64,000 bases of DNA from Eledone cirrhosa (lineage: Eukaryota). This document shows positions 1-15,072 of this stretch, in pieces. Position numbers and translations under genes: made by a program. The notes beneath the pieces were generated by a model. It was not told the DNA's origin and made no database searches. It was given only the letters and a program-made list of their open reading frames with translations. Position 1 is the first letter of the stretch. Each line of letters starts with the position of its first letter. The DNA lies in the NCBI GenBank assembly GCA_964016885.1, contig OZ024747.1, positions 76,508,001-76,572,000 of the forward strand. The letters are read 5' to 3'.

Positions 1-28
1 GACAATATCGCCCCCTCTCTCTCTCTCA

Positions 29-96
<68 letters not shown>

Positions 97-288
97 TACA
101 CACAAATAAACACGCGTACACACACATATCACACACACACACGCACACATACACACATATATATATGTATATATATAGAAAGATTTGAATGGATACAGTT
201 TAGTAGAAAGGAATTTATTGACACGTGTTTCTATAACAGTTACATAACCTAAAACAGCTGCTATCTACAAACTTTTAGTTATGCAGAC

Positions 289-332
289 ATTCAATATTTC
301 AATGTTATTATTTACTGTCATTTCATCAGAAT
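289..332 (-). ncRNA. Probable minimal hammerhead (weak stem I)
   Basis: att-CTGATGA-aatg..catt-GAAA-ta-TT-gaat; AATATT palindrome; stem I imperfect. Confidence 0.5.
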
Positions 333-890
333 AATATTACTGGGGACCTATTTCGTTTTTATAGAGAATATTAGGAGGGAGGGGTGAAGTTGTTAGAAGA
401 ATAGTTGAAGGAGTGGTTTTTCGATAGCAGTGAGAATTCTTGGTGGCAGTGAGTAATTAGATTCCCATCTGTTGTTTTGACATTTTTTATAGAATATATT
501 ATTGGTTATTTTTCTAAATCTATAGAAGGATTAGAGATAGTAAAGATATGCGTGGTTGGTTTTGTGTTTGCACTTAATTAACATTCAGACTTAAATTTTT
601 CTTTCAAGTGTACGTATCCTTTCACCCACGCATTCACACACAAATATATTTGCACACCTCTACAAAATACATATACTCACAATTCACATATTCATACTTA
701 CATATATATACACATGCATACACATATATATACACACATGTATTCATGTACATACATACGCGCTCATGTGTATACATTTTCGTACTCAACTTATCTTTAT
801 ATACACACGTATAGACACACACATATATACATACATACTCTAGTCCATGTGTACACACATACACATACATACACATCTATATACACATAT

Positions 891-947
<57 letters not shown>

Positions 948-948
<1 letters not shown>

Positions 949-1480
949 AGCACTTTAATACATGAATACACTTACATCTAACTATACACATCAAATATAT
1001 ATATATATTTACTTATTTATATACATTTTCACATATATATACATACTTATGGACGTTTTTAGACACATTCATTATCGCATATTTGCACCTATTCTCATCA
1101 GCATATCTTTCCATTATTAGTGTGGTAATTTAAGGTTATTAATATATGTTGAGAAGAGATTGTTTTTATATTTTTCTAACTAGATTAAGGTTTATATAGT
1201 TGGGGGATGTCCCTCTTTTATGTAATATTCGGCTTGTAGTGGGAAAAAAGGGTTTTAGTTCTGTGACGGCAGAATAATGTTCGTTCAATTCTGTTATTCA
1301 GCAGTTTCTTCTTGTGTGTGATTATGTAATAAATCTCAAGATTACACAATTTGCAGAAATTTTGGCTCCTGGAAAAGCTTTGGGTTTTAGCTAATTTCTC
1401 CCATTTTAGGGTAAACTGTTGATCGCTATCCCTGAGCGTCCAAGCTTTTTCTGCTAAAGTTGTTACATTTCTTTGGCTCA
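948..1480 (-). mobile_element. 5'-truncated PLE: GIY-YIG C-terminus (1218-1480) plus 3' UTR
   Basis: [42 protein letters not shown] aligns with the C-termini of both long PLE ORFs. Degenerate HHR downstream; (TA)n flanks. Confidence 0.8.
1048..1105 (-). ncRNA. Degenerate hammerhead about 115 nt after the PLE EN stop codon
   Basis: tatg-CTGATGA-...-AAAA-cg-TC-cata; G12 lost and stem II eroded. Confidence 0.45.
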
Positions 1481-1489
1481 AACACACGC

Positions 1490-1521
<32 letters not shown>

Positions 1522-4075
1522 GCGTGTGTTTGTGTGTGTGTGTGTAAAAACGTATATGTGTGTGTATCTGTGTGTATGTATGTGTATGTATGTGTGTGTG
1601 AGTGCGAGTGTATGTGCGAGCGTGTGTGTGTGTGCGTGCGTGTTTGTGCGTGTCTGTGTGTGTGTGTGTCTTTGTGTGTGTGTGTGCTGTAACTTCCCAT
1701 AAGGAAAGTGACAATTACTCAGCTGCATAAAACAAGTAAAACAACTATACAAAGAAACTGCTATTAATAATAACTAACAAGTTCAGAAAAGAAAAGAAAC
1801 GAAGTAATTTTCACTGAAATATGAGAGTAGTGAACCATGAAGCATTAAACTATGCAACTTGTTTCTCTATTGATACTATTGATCTTGCAGCCACCTGCAA
1901 AGAATTCTTATTAGCGACGTGAAAAATAACAAGGAATATTGAAGAAAAAAAAGTATATCTTTTTTCTTTAAATAAAACAAAAAGAAAAGCTATAGTTCAA
2001 ACATTCTTATCTGGCAAAACTTGACGTAAAAGTATTATAAATTAGCAATTCTTCAAAGAACTGCTATAAAAGTAAGGTGAGTTGGCATGTGGTGAACGGT
2101 TTTATATTTATATTTTTCACTAATATCGGTATTAGAAAAGTGAAAAAGAGAAAAGTTAAAACACACGTTTATAAATTGTTACTTGTTACTTATTTTAAGG
2201 GCAATGAAAGTAAAATAATAGATACTTATGTTCATAAAAATCTCTTGGACTTTAATATTGATGTTCTTCTATAGGCACAAAACCGCTCTTGATCTTTCAA
2301 TATTAATGGCATTCTGAAACACAGTGCTTTGTGGTATTTAGTTATATTATGTTACATTCTAAGTTCAAATCTCACCGGGGATAGCTTTCCCTTTCATCCT
2401 TACAGGGTCTATAAAATAAAGTACCAGTAACACACTGCGGTCGATTTAATTGACATTCACCCAACACACACACACATAAAAATATTGTTGGCCTTGTGCC
2501 TACATCAGAAATAATTATATTGCGTTTTAGGTCTAAGTTGTCCTAAAGTCGACATCATCATTCTTTGTTTCAGGTCCGATATAATACGTACCAGTCATAT
2601 ACTGGGAAACGATGTAATCGAATATTAATAATAGAGATACAAAAATCACTTGCACCATTTTGTTATATTCTTTTACGGTTTATGTTGAATTCATGGCGGA
2701 GTCTATCTTAATGTATTTTGAGAGACGATAAAAACAGTCAAATATATCGATATATCAAAAACGGTCGATATATTCGAACATCAATCAGGTGTGACAATAC
2801 ACCTAGCGATATTTACGACATATTATATTGTGAATGGATGTCAACATCCCTTATATCTATCATCAATTCAAGGTCAATGAACTAGATTTTACTCAGGTAT
2901 AGAGTTCGATATAAATTACTACACTACTTCATTCCTATTGCTAGAAATCAATCGACATGGTGGAGGAGTATGATAGTTGTTTTCAGTGCACTAAATCATA
3001 ACCCAGATGCAATTTCCTTTCTCGGTTCGAGTCACAGCATTCTTCGTATAATTACAATGATCTGGTAGCGACATAAATATATGGGATACTAACCAGCATT
3101 CGTCTTCTATTAATTCCATTAGAAGTATATATTTATTTGCATTTCTATCAAATGGAAGTAAATTTGCTGGTTTGTAGGGAAAATCTTGGGAGAATCTAGG
3201 TAATGACAAATATAAATAAATTGAGTCTACTTCAATTTTCATTTAATTTCAAACTAATTCCATTCCCATTCCAATTACTGATGAATATAGACTATTTAAT
3301 GACTGCTACTATCTGACTGATATTTGTTTTACGAGAACTCTGTACTATTGTAAAATACTTTCTCCCTTACCTCATCATATCTGTAATGGTATTTTAAATT
3401 AACACAAAGGCATGCTATTTCAGAGAGAACAGAGTGAATTTAAGTGAACTACCTATCTCAATAATACATTAAAGATAAAATGTAAAGTCGATATCATCTG
3501 AGTTTAAACTCAGAACAAAAAAGAGCTTAACTGAAGAGCAAAAAACATTACCTTATAGATTGGAAGATCAGAAGTGTAGTGCCTTCGTAAGGAAGGAAAA
3601 ATGTTTATAGCAGACACGACTTTAACACTTGCAACACAGTGAGCATTACAAAATATTTCCGAAGCAAGATGGTATTGTTCAACTCAGCGACGGATTAAAT
3701 CTAACTCTAAGACAGGTTCCACATAGTTTCTTACAACCAAATAAATGTTATCACTCAAGTATTTGGTGTAAAACAATTGCTTAATACGTGGCTGTGAACT
3801 CTAATTCATATCAAACGTGTCGTTAGAGCCTTAAATATTGAAACATGTGCAGACTTAACATGAAGAAGAGATATTTCGAAGCGTCACAGATTTCGTTCTT
3901 CTCATATACGGCACGTTGAACAAAAAGATCTTCTATACTGTATTGGGTCGTTAAAGTTATCACACATTTACACGTAGGAGTTTTTGATCTGCACAGATGA
4001 CTTTCTTTATCTAAACTATACCCTTGGTAGGATACCAACTAAGCGAGGAACATTATGTAACGGTCAACGTGAATT

Positions 4076-4380
4076 ATACAGAGTGTTTCTAAAATCTGGG
4101 TTACCTCTGGAATAACATGCATTAAAACCAATTATCTTTCGAAATGACTATCCTTCATGTCCATTGAGATGTACCTGCTCAATGTTCTCTTGTTTCGACA
4201 AACTCATATTTAATCTGTGGAGCAAATCAATTATAGTTAGTTATAAATAGTGATATTACCTCTGTGTTCAGACTTTAACGACACTGTACAGTTTACGCAG
4301 GGATGAGCTGTGAACACCTCCTAGCAACCAAGTGGTAGATATATTTGACATGTATATTTTGGAGCAAGAAAACAAATGGA
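4076..4380 (-). mobile_element. Possible decayed Tc1/mariner 3' end
   Basis: tacagagtgtttc TIR-like end and DSHFE*-like terminal peptide on minus; very degenerate. Confidence 0.25.
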
Positions 4381-4725
4381 AATATGTAGAACGAAATGAA
4401 GATATGAAACCATGATTTGATACTCAACACAGCATGTTTTTTACGGAGGTGCGGTGGGGCGCTGTTCATACAACACTAAACGAAATGAAGAAATCACTCA
4501 TCCGATCATGGAATAGAACATGGATTTTCTTTGGAATCAGATCAATCCATTAATATTTAAACTATCGCACAGCATTACCAATTCCATTCAGGAATTTCTC
4601 CGTATTCATTTCTACGTCTCTCTAATTCTATCTTGTGACTGCCTTTCCTATTTTTCTCTTTATCTCACACACGCAAGCGACCTCTCACACAAACACAGAA
4701 GCACACAGGCACACACACACACACG

Positions 4726-4782
<57 letters not shown>

Positions 4783-4829
4783 ATATATATATATATGCGT
4801 GTGTGTGTGTGTATGTATAAATATATATA

Positions 4830-4869
<40 letters not shown>

Positions 4870-4921
4870 TATAAATAAAACCTTTGCATATATATAAGTA
4901 TATATATTTATACACACACAC

Positions 4922-5017
<96 letters not shown>

Positions 5018-5028
5018 TATATATATAG

Positions 5029-5068
<40 letters not shown>

Positions 5069-5421
5069 GTGAGAAATTAGAAAACAAACTCTAACATATA
5101 TTTAATCTATTTATTATGTAGGACAGCAATTAACAATGAACGAAGAAAATACGAGAGAGAGAGAGTGGAGAGAGAGAGAGTGAGTGAGTGAAAGAGAGAG
5201 TGTGTCTTGTGTGTGGAGAGAGAGAGGGGGAGTGAGAGAGAGAGTCTGTCTGTGTGTGTGTGAGTGACTGGAGAGAGAGGGTGTGTGTGTGAGAGTGGAA
5301 AGAGTGAATCAAAGAGAGAGAGAGTGTGTGTATGAGACAGAGAGAGAGACTGAGCGAGTGAGATGGGGCCGGTGTAGAGAAATATTGTTAAAGAAAAAAT
5401 AATGAAAGAAGCAAAGCTGGG

Positions 5422-5544
5422 GAAGAAGAAGAAGAAGAAGAAGAAGAAGAAGAAGAAGAAGAAGAAGAAGAAGAAGAAGAAGAAGAAGAAGAAGAAGAAG
5501 AAGAAGAAGAAGAAGAAGAAGAAGAAGAAGAAGAAGAAGAAGAA
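5422..5544. repeat. (GAA)n trinucleotide tract (others at 40278, 41263, 60691)
   Basis: Direct inspection. Confidence 0.97.
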
Positions 5545-6161
5545 TATGGAAGTGAATCAAAATCGAAGTGGAATGTAGTAAAAGGAAGAGACACGGTGAT
5601 AAATTGACAGCCTGAGAAGATCAATGGAAGTTATTATAGAGAGAACAGTAATGTTTTTGTAGAGGTTCACTACGTAAGGAAATGATCATATTTGTCTTGG
5701 CATTGTGGCTTCCAAAAGGAAATTATGATTTTCTTAGTCTCAAAACATCGATTCTTAATGCGTCTTATTTCAACCGATCCTAGATATGATGTTAGACAAT
5801 AACCTAAGAATTCACTTCAACATTTCGGATAGATTTCATCCCAACTGTGGATAAATAACTTCTATCTTACTATTGATCATATATACAAGAAAAATATTAC
5901 GTCATCATTTTTTTTTATCATTAATCTGCTGTTGATTTGACTGCTGTTCTTGTTGTAGTTACTATTGTAGTTGTTGTTATTGTGGTTGTTGTTATTGTAG
6001 ATGCTGGTATTGCAGTGTTGTTGTGGTAGTTTCAGCTGGTAACGGGGATAAGGTAGTCGTTCTGCTAATAATGGTGTCCAAATCCTTACTAGTTTTTCAT
6101 CCAGCGACTCCCTCCCTCTTTCTCTCTCTCTGCCCTCTCTCTCTATATATATATATGTGTG

Positions 6162-6244
<83 letters not shown>

Positions 6245-6275
6245 ACATATATATATGTGTGTATAGATATGTATG

Positions 6276-6342
<67 letters not shown>

Positions 6343-6426
6343 ATATACATATCATGTATATATATATATATATGTGTGTGTGTGTATGTGTGTGCGTGTC
6401 TGTGCGCATGTGTATATGTGTATGTG

Positions 6427-6479
<53 letters not shown>

Positions 6480-6543
6480 CTATCTATATGTAGATATGTA
6501 TGCATGTATATATGTGTGTGTATAGATATATATATATATATAT

Positions 6544-6591
<48 letters not shown>

Positions 6592-6597
6592 CATCTA

Positions 6598-6634
<37 letters not shown>

Positions 6635-7059
6635 ATCATTGTATGTGTGTTTCTATCCTCACGCCATATTTACCTCTCCTTCACATATCTGACATGACGT
6701 ACTTCTGTTGATCATTATCTCTGCCTTTTATTGTTGTTGTTGTTGTTGTTTATTGCTTTTTCTATCTTCTTCTTTTCTCATTTCTTTTTTTCTTCGTTTT
6801 TCTTCTTTTCGTCATCCACCATCACCATCATCATCACCATCATCAATATTCTTGTTCTTCGTCATACTACTACTACTAATAACAATGATAACAATATAAC
6901 TACTACTACTACTACTACTACTACTACCCCCACCACCACCACCACCACTAATCCTTTCGTTATTCTTTCTTAACTCTCTCTGTCTCCTTCATATACGTCA
7001 TTCTTTTTTCTTTTCTTTCCTCTTATCCTATCTCCTTAAATTACATCATGTTTTTTTTC

Positions 7060-7091
<32 letters not shown>

Positions 7092-7296
7092 CCATCATCG
7101 TTATGATCATCATCATCGTCATCATCACCATCATCATCACTACCATCATCATCACCATTATCATCTTCGTCATCACCATCCTCATTATTATATTCGTCAT
7201 CATCATTCTGATCATCATCCTCATCACCATCATCAACAACATTACAAACATCATTATTATTATCATCATCATCATCATCAACATCGTCATCGTCAT
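7060..7296. repeat. Degenerate (CAT)n tract
   Basis: Direct inspection. Confidence 0.95.
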
Positions 7297-9257
7297 CCGT
7301 CTCTTCTTTCAAAGATATAAATCCTTTCCTTCTCTATAAATGCTGTTGTGTTCAGTTTCCACACAAGAAATTATGACATCTCAATACATATCTCTTGCTT
7401 CAATTCACTCAGTTTAATTGGCAAGAGAATCTGTTTATGACAATAAAATTTAAAGAAAAATAGAAACGAAAATGTAAAGCAAAGAATATTAATAGTAGGT
7501 GAAGAATACATTGAAAGGCAAAGGTTTCAGCCAAGATTTTATTGCCAACTCAATTTTGACAGCCATTATGAAATGTGGGAGGGAAATTAGTGTTTTGTGG
7601 TAGATCTACTCAATTGATAGAGTGCCTAAGTATCAGCTGGCTAAAGAGTATACAATCTGCACATTATCATTAACGTAAGAATATTAGCAATCTATTTGTC
7701 GATAAAGATGTATATATTGACTAGACGTCGGTTCGATGTCTTGCACATTGTCACTGTTTGGGTCCATGGTTAAAATTACTGAAACCTTTAGTCTAAATCA
7801 AACAATTGAATAAGTAATCCCATCAATAAATATAGAATAGTGGCTGTTGTTATTGTGACCCAGGTCATCCTGGTCTAACAGAGAGTTATTCCAGCTGTAA
7901 GGAAATATAGGACTAGTTATTCTACACTCTCTTATGAAGATGATGAAATGTGGTGTGAGGGAAATTTAGCGTCTATTACTAGCATCGACTAGATATAGGC
8001 ATATCTGCTAAACTAATCATAACAAAAAAAGACGATAAAATCTTCTTCACATATCTTAAAATACAGTGAAAATATTCTTTTTATTGTAGTTAAAAATATG
8101 TTAATATTACCAAGTATTTTAAAGGCTCTTCAGTACAAGTTAAAAAAATATATATAGAAGAAAAGCAATGTTGAAATAAACAGAGTATTCTTTTCTTTTA
8201 AAATGAAGTTTGTTGTTAGTTATAATAATTATGAATGATATTTAAATTAACCAATATGACTAATAGAAGATTATGAAATCAAACATACCTTTCGAAAAAC
8301 GTTGAAATACTTTTGTTCCTGAAAAAAAAAGACCTCAAAGTAAACTGCAACATTATTTTTGTTTTAATATTTCTATTAAATGTTTCTGTTGCAGAAGATG
8401 GTGAGAACATTTTTATTGCTGAGAATCAACATTGGAAAAGCTTATTCCCGAAATGGTAACAATGAAATGCTAATGGTAAACGACACTTTAAAAGCTTTCT
8501 AACTGAAATAAGGTAGACGTAGATGTCTTACTATTAATGAACATTTTGAAAGCTACGAACCAGAAATAGGTAGAGTAAGAACGAAAATGTTAACACATAA
8601 TGGAGCAGATGTCCGACTGAACAGCAGCCGTAAATTGTCTTATATGTAAAACTAGTCAAATTCTCAGCAACGGTCATAGAGTTATAACTAATGTATGATG
8701 TGGGGGGGGGGGGGAATGTGCGTGAGCGTATGTATGCTTGTGTTTCTGTCTTCATACATATATAACAAAATGATATACTATACTGTTATTACACCGAGTT
8801 TATCGTTGCCACTTTTCAGAAAGACTAAAAAGTTTTCAATATGAACAAAATTGCATATGAAACTAAAATAGAGGTGATCTTTAATCAGTTTTTAATGGCA
8901 ATCGAAATTAGTCGGTGAGATCTGCACTGGAAGCTACCGAAAGCTCTTTGACAACATGACCGTATATTAAGTCTCACTTTGAAATTAGTTTCTGCGATTG
9001 AATTATTTCTCAGAGCTGCTCATTTCCGAAACATGTGTGAGGCATGATTAAGGATAAAACATGTTACATTAAAATTTCGGCTCTCATTCTTAATATAAAC
9101 ACTGTATATTACGTCAATAACAAACAAGTTTCGGTGCTAATGCACACTTTTAAAATTAAATATCTAATTCACGTAAAAGAATTGAATATTGAAACAGATG
9201 CCACCTATAGTAATATATCATATTTCTCACAAACTGGCTCTATACATGTATACAAAC

Positions 9258-9326
<69 letters not shown>

Positions 9327-9329
<3 letters not shown>

Positions 9330-10270
9330 ATAATAATAAATTTGAAGACTAAAATCCAAAGAGAGCTCGATAAGGATAAATATATATCACATATATAAGA
9401 ACCGTAGAGCAAATATTTATTAAAATAACAGATTAAAGTTTAAGCAAAGAAGCGCTGCTTTCACCCTTAACGGGATCTTCTGAAACTAACAAAGTCAATC
9501 TGTGAACGCAGAAGTAAATATTTCAAAAAGCGTTGCAACCAGAGGAAGACAGGAAGACGATACTTTGGTTCGTGGAAACGTTCCCTGGCAAAGAACGAAA
9601 AAAAATGAAGATAATACGTCATTATTTGGAGCGGTGAAAAACAATTACCCGCAAAAACAAAACCACAAAAATGTTATAACTGAAGTCGTAGACTAAAGTT
9701 CTAACTAGGAAACCGAATGATTCTCGGCTTAAGAGTTAAGAATAAAGTAAATAAAATACAGAGGTAATTGAAATAAATATATACATACACGCGTCCATAT
9801 ACGTACATACACAAGCATACGCGAAAACACTCGCCATAGGTATACAAATACAAGCACGTACAGAACCCACGTACAGAACCTACGCAACGCCTGTACTTGC
9901 ACACATACGAACGTATACACTAAATACACATAAAAAAAATTTTTTTTAGAAAAATATATATATATATATGGGCGTGTATACATATAATTAAATAAACGTA
10001 TATAAATAAATACGTATATAACGCGCGCACACACATACCTACATGTAAAAACACATATGTCCGCAGACGTACGTCGACCAAAACACAAAGTACACATATA
10101 CACACACCCTACATACGTTCGAACCCGCATACTCGCACAGACGCAAAACACGCGTATACACATATCCAAACGCACATGTACCAGAATATATAATATATAT
10201 GCCATAACATAGACAAACAAATATACGTACGAGAAAGTATACGTATCTTCACAAAACATACAGGTAATAT
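9327..10270 (-). mobile_element. Non-coding 3' portion of PLE family B with about 90-nt tail extension
   Basis: Colinear similarity to 49249-50155; flanked by (TA)n on both sides. Confidence 0.8.
9437..9487 (-). ncRNA. Hammerhead-like fold with U4A core, PLE family B copy
   Basis: Same fold as 49267; the stem/loop III region contains the palindrome AGCGCT. Confidence 0.72.
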
Positions 10271-10284
10271 ATATATTATATATG

Positions 10285-10363
<79 letters not shown>

Positions 10364-11097
10364 ACAATACATTAGATTAGATTGAATATTATATTTAATA
10401 ACGTGTGTTACTTTATATTTTTACGAGGTGTTGCCCACATAATTAACAAGCTTCTTATTGAAGGAAATGTATAATTTAAAATTTATAATGATGACGTGTT
10501 GTAGAAACGGATGTGAATTTTAATGATTACCAAATTCTAAACAATTCTATTATTTGCGCTAATTGGTCACATGATTTTAATGATCACGCAGAAAATCAGA
10601 TATATGAAATCTCATGTGGTGGGATACAAATTATCGTCTTAAAAAACGGAATGCCATAAGAAATAATCAGGCTCTTTAGATTTTCTTGCTTCTGTCTTAT
10701 ATTTATATTTGTCTACTATATATATATACAGTATGTATGTATGTATTATATATATTATATTTATTTATTCTGTTGAAATTCTGATGTTTTGTTGTTGTTG
10801 CTGTTGTTTTCTGTATCTATGTGTGTTTGCAATTAATACCGTTTTTATAAAGGTGTACAACGTAACCTATCTAATATAACTTTCATAGTATGTTGTCCAT
10901 TTTCTTTTACATACTTAGTTAGGTACGAAAACGTTTACTAATCTTGCTATTTGAGAATCTGTATCTCATTATACAGAGACGTTTAAAGAATACCGTCTCT
11001 ATGTCTCACTTTCACTCTCTCCCACTCTATCTCTCTCTTTCATTCTATCTCTCCCTTTATCTCTCTCTCTATATATATATCTCTCTCCCTTTATCTA

Positions 11098-11160
<63 letters not shown>

Positions 11161-11306
11161 CGGCGATGAATTAGTTTAGCGAGGTTTTTTATATGAAATC
11201 GTGTGTCGAATATAAAAGACAGCGAGAAGCGAAAACCAACCAAACAGTGAGTGTGTTCTGTTATTAATTCTGGCAATATTACACAAATATGACCCTCCCC
11301 AAGTAT

Positions 11307-11418
<112 letters not shown>

Positions 11419-12229
11419 TTATTGTGTCTTCCCCCCATGAAAACATACAATACAATCTGCATCAAACCATTTCGTTAGTACTAAGTATCAATTAAAAATC
11501 TGTCATAGGGTCTCTCATATAAAACTGTCATTGATTCTCTTCTGAGTGGCAATAGTCAAAGATTTTCTTAAATATTTCTAGGAATATATCTATGTACAAT
11601 TTATTGCAATACAAAATATCATGTAGTAAGTATAATACATATGGTAATAAGGAAACTAAATAAAATAGCAGAAAACGTGTAACTAAGAAAGAATTGAGCA
11701 ACGAAAGTCTGAGCGGTGTTTCATCTGTACCCCTCGGTTAAATTGGCAAAGATATTGCCACAGATAATGATCAGCGACAACCACTGCAATAATAGCCATT
11801 CCATCTCACGGAGCTTCTTCCTCCGGCAGAAATGATATCTTTCCAATTTTACGGAATAGTAAATTGGAATAGTATATTGAGAAAGCTGCTAGCTGAACTG
11901 TCAATTCTTGGGAATATAGTGACATGTTATGCTAGTCTGGGAAAGCGATGCTCGTGGTTCATACCCCGTTCCAGCTCTACACAGTTGCTATTCAGCTAAC
12001 GTTGATAAAGTCAACGGAATTGCTACTTCAAGGGTGTTCGATCTGCTACAAAAAATTGCCAAATATCCCTTTTTCTCACTGGCTCAACGATTATGTAGAA
12101 CATCCATCTAAGGTACCCATATCATTGTGCATTCACTTAGATAAGTCAGTACAGAGTTGTATTTTAATAATCATATAGCGTAATCTTTCGATATATAAAT
12201 GTATGTGTGTGTATGTTTATATATATATA

Positions 12230-12525
12230 TAGTGAGTGTGGCGTTTATCAAGCAATTCTTGGAACCAAGAGATTGCCTCGGAAGTTCTGCTCCAGAGAGG
12301 GAGAGGGGAGGCCACCCGCAGTGATGGTAGAACTCTATCAAGGATCTTTTTGCAGAAACCTTAAGGGTAGGGACCCCGCACTTTACTTTGAAGGACCACA
12401 AGGGAAACTTCCTCAACAAACAATCAGTCAGACTTATCAACCCCAGACGTTCGGACATAGGTTCTATCAGCAAAAAGATCCTTGATAGAGTTCAACCATC
12501 ACTGCGGGCGGCCTCACCTCTCCCA
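12230..12525 (+). pseudogene. PLE RT N-terminal fragment
   Basis: FTLKDHKGNFLNKQSVRLINPRRSDIGSISKKILDRV matches the 5' ends of the two long ORFs; flanked by TA/CA repeats. Confidence 0.8.
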
Positions 12526-12996
12526 CTATATATACACACACACACACATATATATATACTACAAGTATTTTAAATTGCACTTGGAGTTATGGACACCCTG
12601 TGTGTGCGTGTGTGTATGTGCATGTGTATTCATATATATATAAGAGATGCGTGGGCGTGTGTGACTTTCACGCAGACATAGTGTACAAGGTCAAAAGATA
12701 ATTGAGTAATTCTCTTTAAATATTGTTGGCATAAATATTCTCGACATTTTCTTTAAAATTCATTTTCATGTCTTTGGCTTTCAACACTTTCTAATCCCAT
12801 TTTACCATTCTAATTTAATTCTATATTCTTGTCTCTATTTTCTAAATTCTTTCTTTCGTCTTTTCTTTCTGGCTTTCCTTATATCTATCTTTTTTGCTTC
12901 GTTTCCGTTCGTTATTGTTTGTTTGCTTCGCTTTATCTTCGTTATTTTTATTATTATGATCGTCATCATCATCATCATTATTATTATTATCATTAA

Positions 12997-13050
<54 letters not shown>

Positions 13051-13219
13051 TATTATTATTTACTTATGTCTATCTGTTTTCCCATTCTTTCCTTTGCTTT
13101 ATTAATATTTTCCATCTTTTGTTTATATATTTCCATTTTCATTTAGACTATATCTTTCTTACAATTTTATTTCAAATTGCTTTAGATTTTTCCCCTTTAG
13201 CTATTTAAACACTCTTCAA

Positions 13220-13252
<33 letters not shown>

Positions 13253-14087
13253 CAAACACGGTCACACACAATCAAATACTTGTGCTTAAATGCGCGAAGA
13301 CACACACTGCACATACAAACACACACATACATGGTCACATATATGCACATAAGATCGCAGAAGAACAAAACAATATCAGTGCATATTGGAATATAAGACA
13401 AACGTGTAGAGAAGTCAAAAGCGACATTGAACAAAATACAATTTTAACATCGATTCCCAAACGTATTTAACTTATTTCGAGTAATTTAAATTTCCAAATA
13501 ATCACTTAAACAGAATTTTATTTCAATAAACGTGTTGTCCATAATTTCAAACAGACGTGACAGAACAATTGCTAAGAAAATTTAAGTTTACTATGTGTAG
13601 AATATATTATACTGTATTGGTTCCAATATACGACAAGTACTTTTTAATTCTGTTACTAGTTTCAGTGAAGGAAATGTGATCATACTGAGGCACCGGCTTC
13701 AAGGTTCGAATCCAACATATCGACCAATATTACTTATTTCTTTCTTTGGACTGTTTTGTCGTGCGGCGTCGTCGTAAATACAGACGTTGACAGGCGTTCC
13801 CACACGTATGAATGCATACATTTATGTACTTAGACACTATATATTCACTTTTTATATATATATATGTGTGTGTATGTATGTATGTATATATGTGTATATG
13901 TGTCTGTGTGTACGTGTGCGTGTGTGTGTAATTTAATATATAGTGTCTAAATACATAAATGTATGCATATATATGTGTGTGTGTGTGTAGTGGATGCTGT
14001 CTACTTCTTCCGCCTACATGGGTGTTTTACCCGATTTTCTAACACTGTGTTCACGGCAGTTTTCCCGCCTTTGAAATATTCTGCAAT

Positions 14088-14121
<34 letters not shown>

Positions 14122-14124
14122 CTG

Positions 14125-14190
<66 letters not shown>

Positions 14191-14191
<1 letters not shown>

Positions 14192-14278
14192 CGAAGGAAA
14201 TGTGGTAAGGAACCAGATGGACCATAACGCACCAAAGTACTCAATACTTAGGGTAGTAGAGTGCGTAATAGGAACGTT

Positions 14279-14283
<5 letters not shown>
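14191..14283 (-). mobile_element. Tail-only copy of PLE family A with terminal mini-palindrome
   Basis: Matches 24868-24952; ends in ataggaacgttcctat; (TA)n on both sides. Confidence 0.85.
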
Positions 14284-14345
<62 letters not shown>

Positions 14346-14880
14346 TCAATTCGTTTTCGAGATTTTGTTTTTAGTGTATATGATGCTAAAATTTAAAACG
14401 TGATAAGATATAAGATGTTGTGGCAATCATGCGCTAACTTCAGGTGAGGTACATTGACCTCAGTTATAAATCAAACCCTTGTGATGGATTAACGTACATT
14501 CTATTATTGTATAAGCTCTATTTTCAATTGTTAATGTTGTTAATGCTTTTTAAAAGACTCGTCATAACTTCCCCATTTCATTAGCATAAATTTGATTGAT
14601 TGAGCATTGATTATGATTAAATAAGTGCGAGTATTACTGAATAAATATATAAACGGTGTGAAATTCTACAACAACTTCAATCTCGATTATTTTACTTCCT
14701 CACCCGGTCTATTCTGATCAAGGACACGTATAATATAGACGGATGTTCATGTTATTCCCCTTTTCGTTCATTCTTTATCACAAGCCCTGTATTTTGTTAC
14801 CGTCGTCGTGCTATTTCATCAATAACTACTTATTTTATCAATGCTACGCAATCTTTTCCAAACACTCTAATGTTATTATA

Positions 14881-15072
14881 GGTGGTGGATTGGCAGTATC
14901 GGTAGAGGGTCGGACGCCATGCTTTGCAGCATAGTTACGTCCCTTTACGGTCTAAGTTCAAATCCCACCGAGGTTAACTTTGCCTTTAATCCTTACGGGG
15001 TCGATAAAATAAAGTACCAGTAATGCACTGGGTATTTGCTGGCCTTGTGCCAAAAGTAGAAACAGTTATTAT
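14881..15072 (+). mobile_element. tRNA-derived SINE (major family), full length
   Basis: A box TGGCAGTATCGG, B box GTTCAAATCC, conserved core gccttt(c)atccttacggggtcgataaaataaagtaccag, (att)n tail; more than 15 copies in the window. Confidence 0.88.

Noticed and set aside
7036-7339. Poly-His / poly-Asp / poly-Met ORFs
   Set aside because: (CAT)n repeat open in several frames; no splice or domain evidence.
8971-9043. gtctca..GAAACATG-TG-tgaggc candidate
   Set aside because: Core eroded (CTTTGA) and G at position 17.
11700-12120. Higher-complexity stretch as a possible host exon or transposase relic
   Set aside because: No recognisable peptide in the frames read by eye; needs BLASTX or RNA-seq.
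14881-14970. tRNA genes
   Set aside because: A/B boxes belong to SINE heads; no full cloverleaf.
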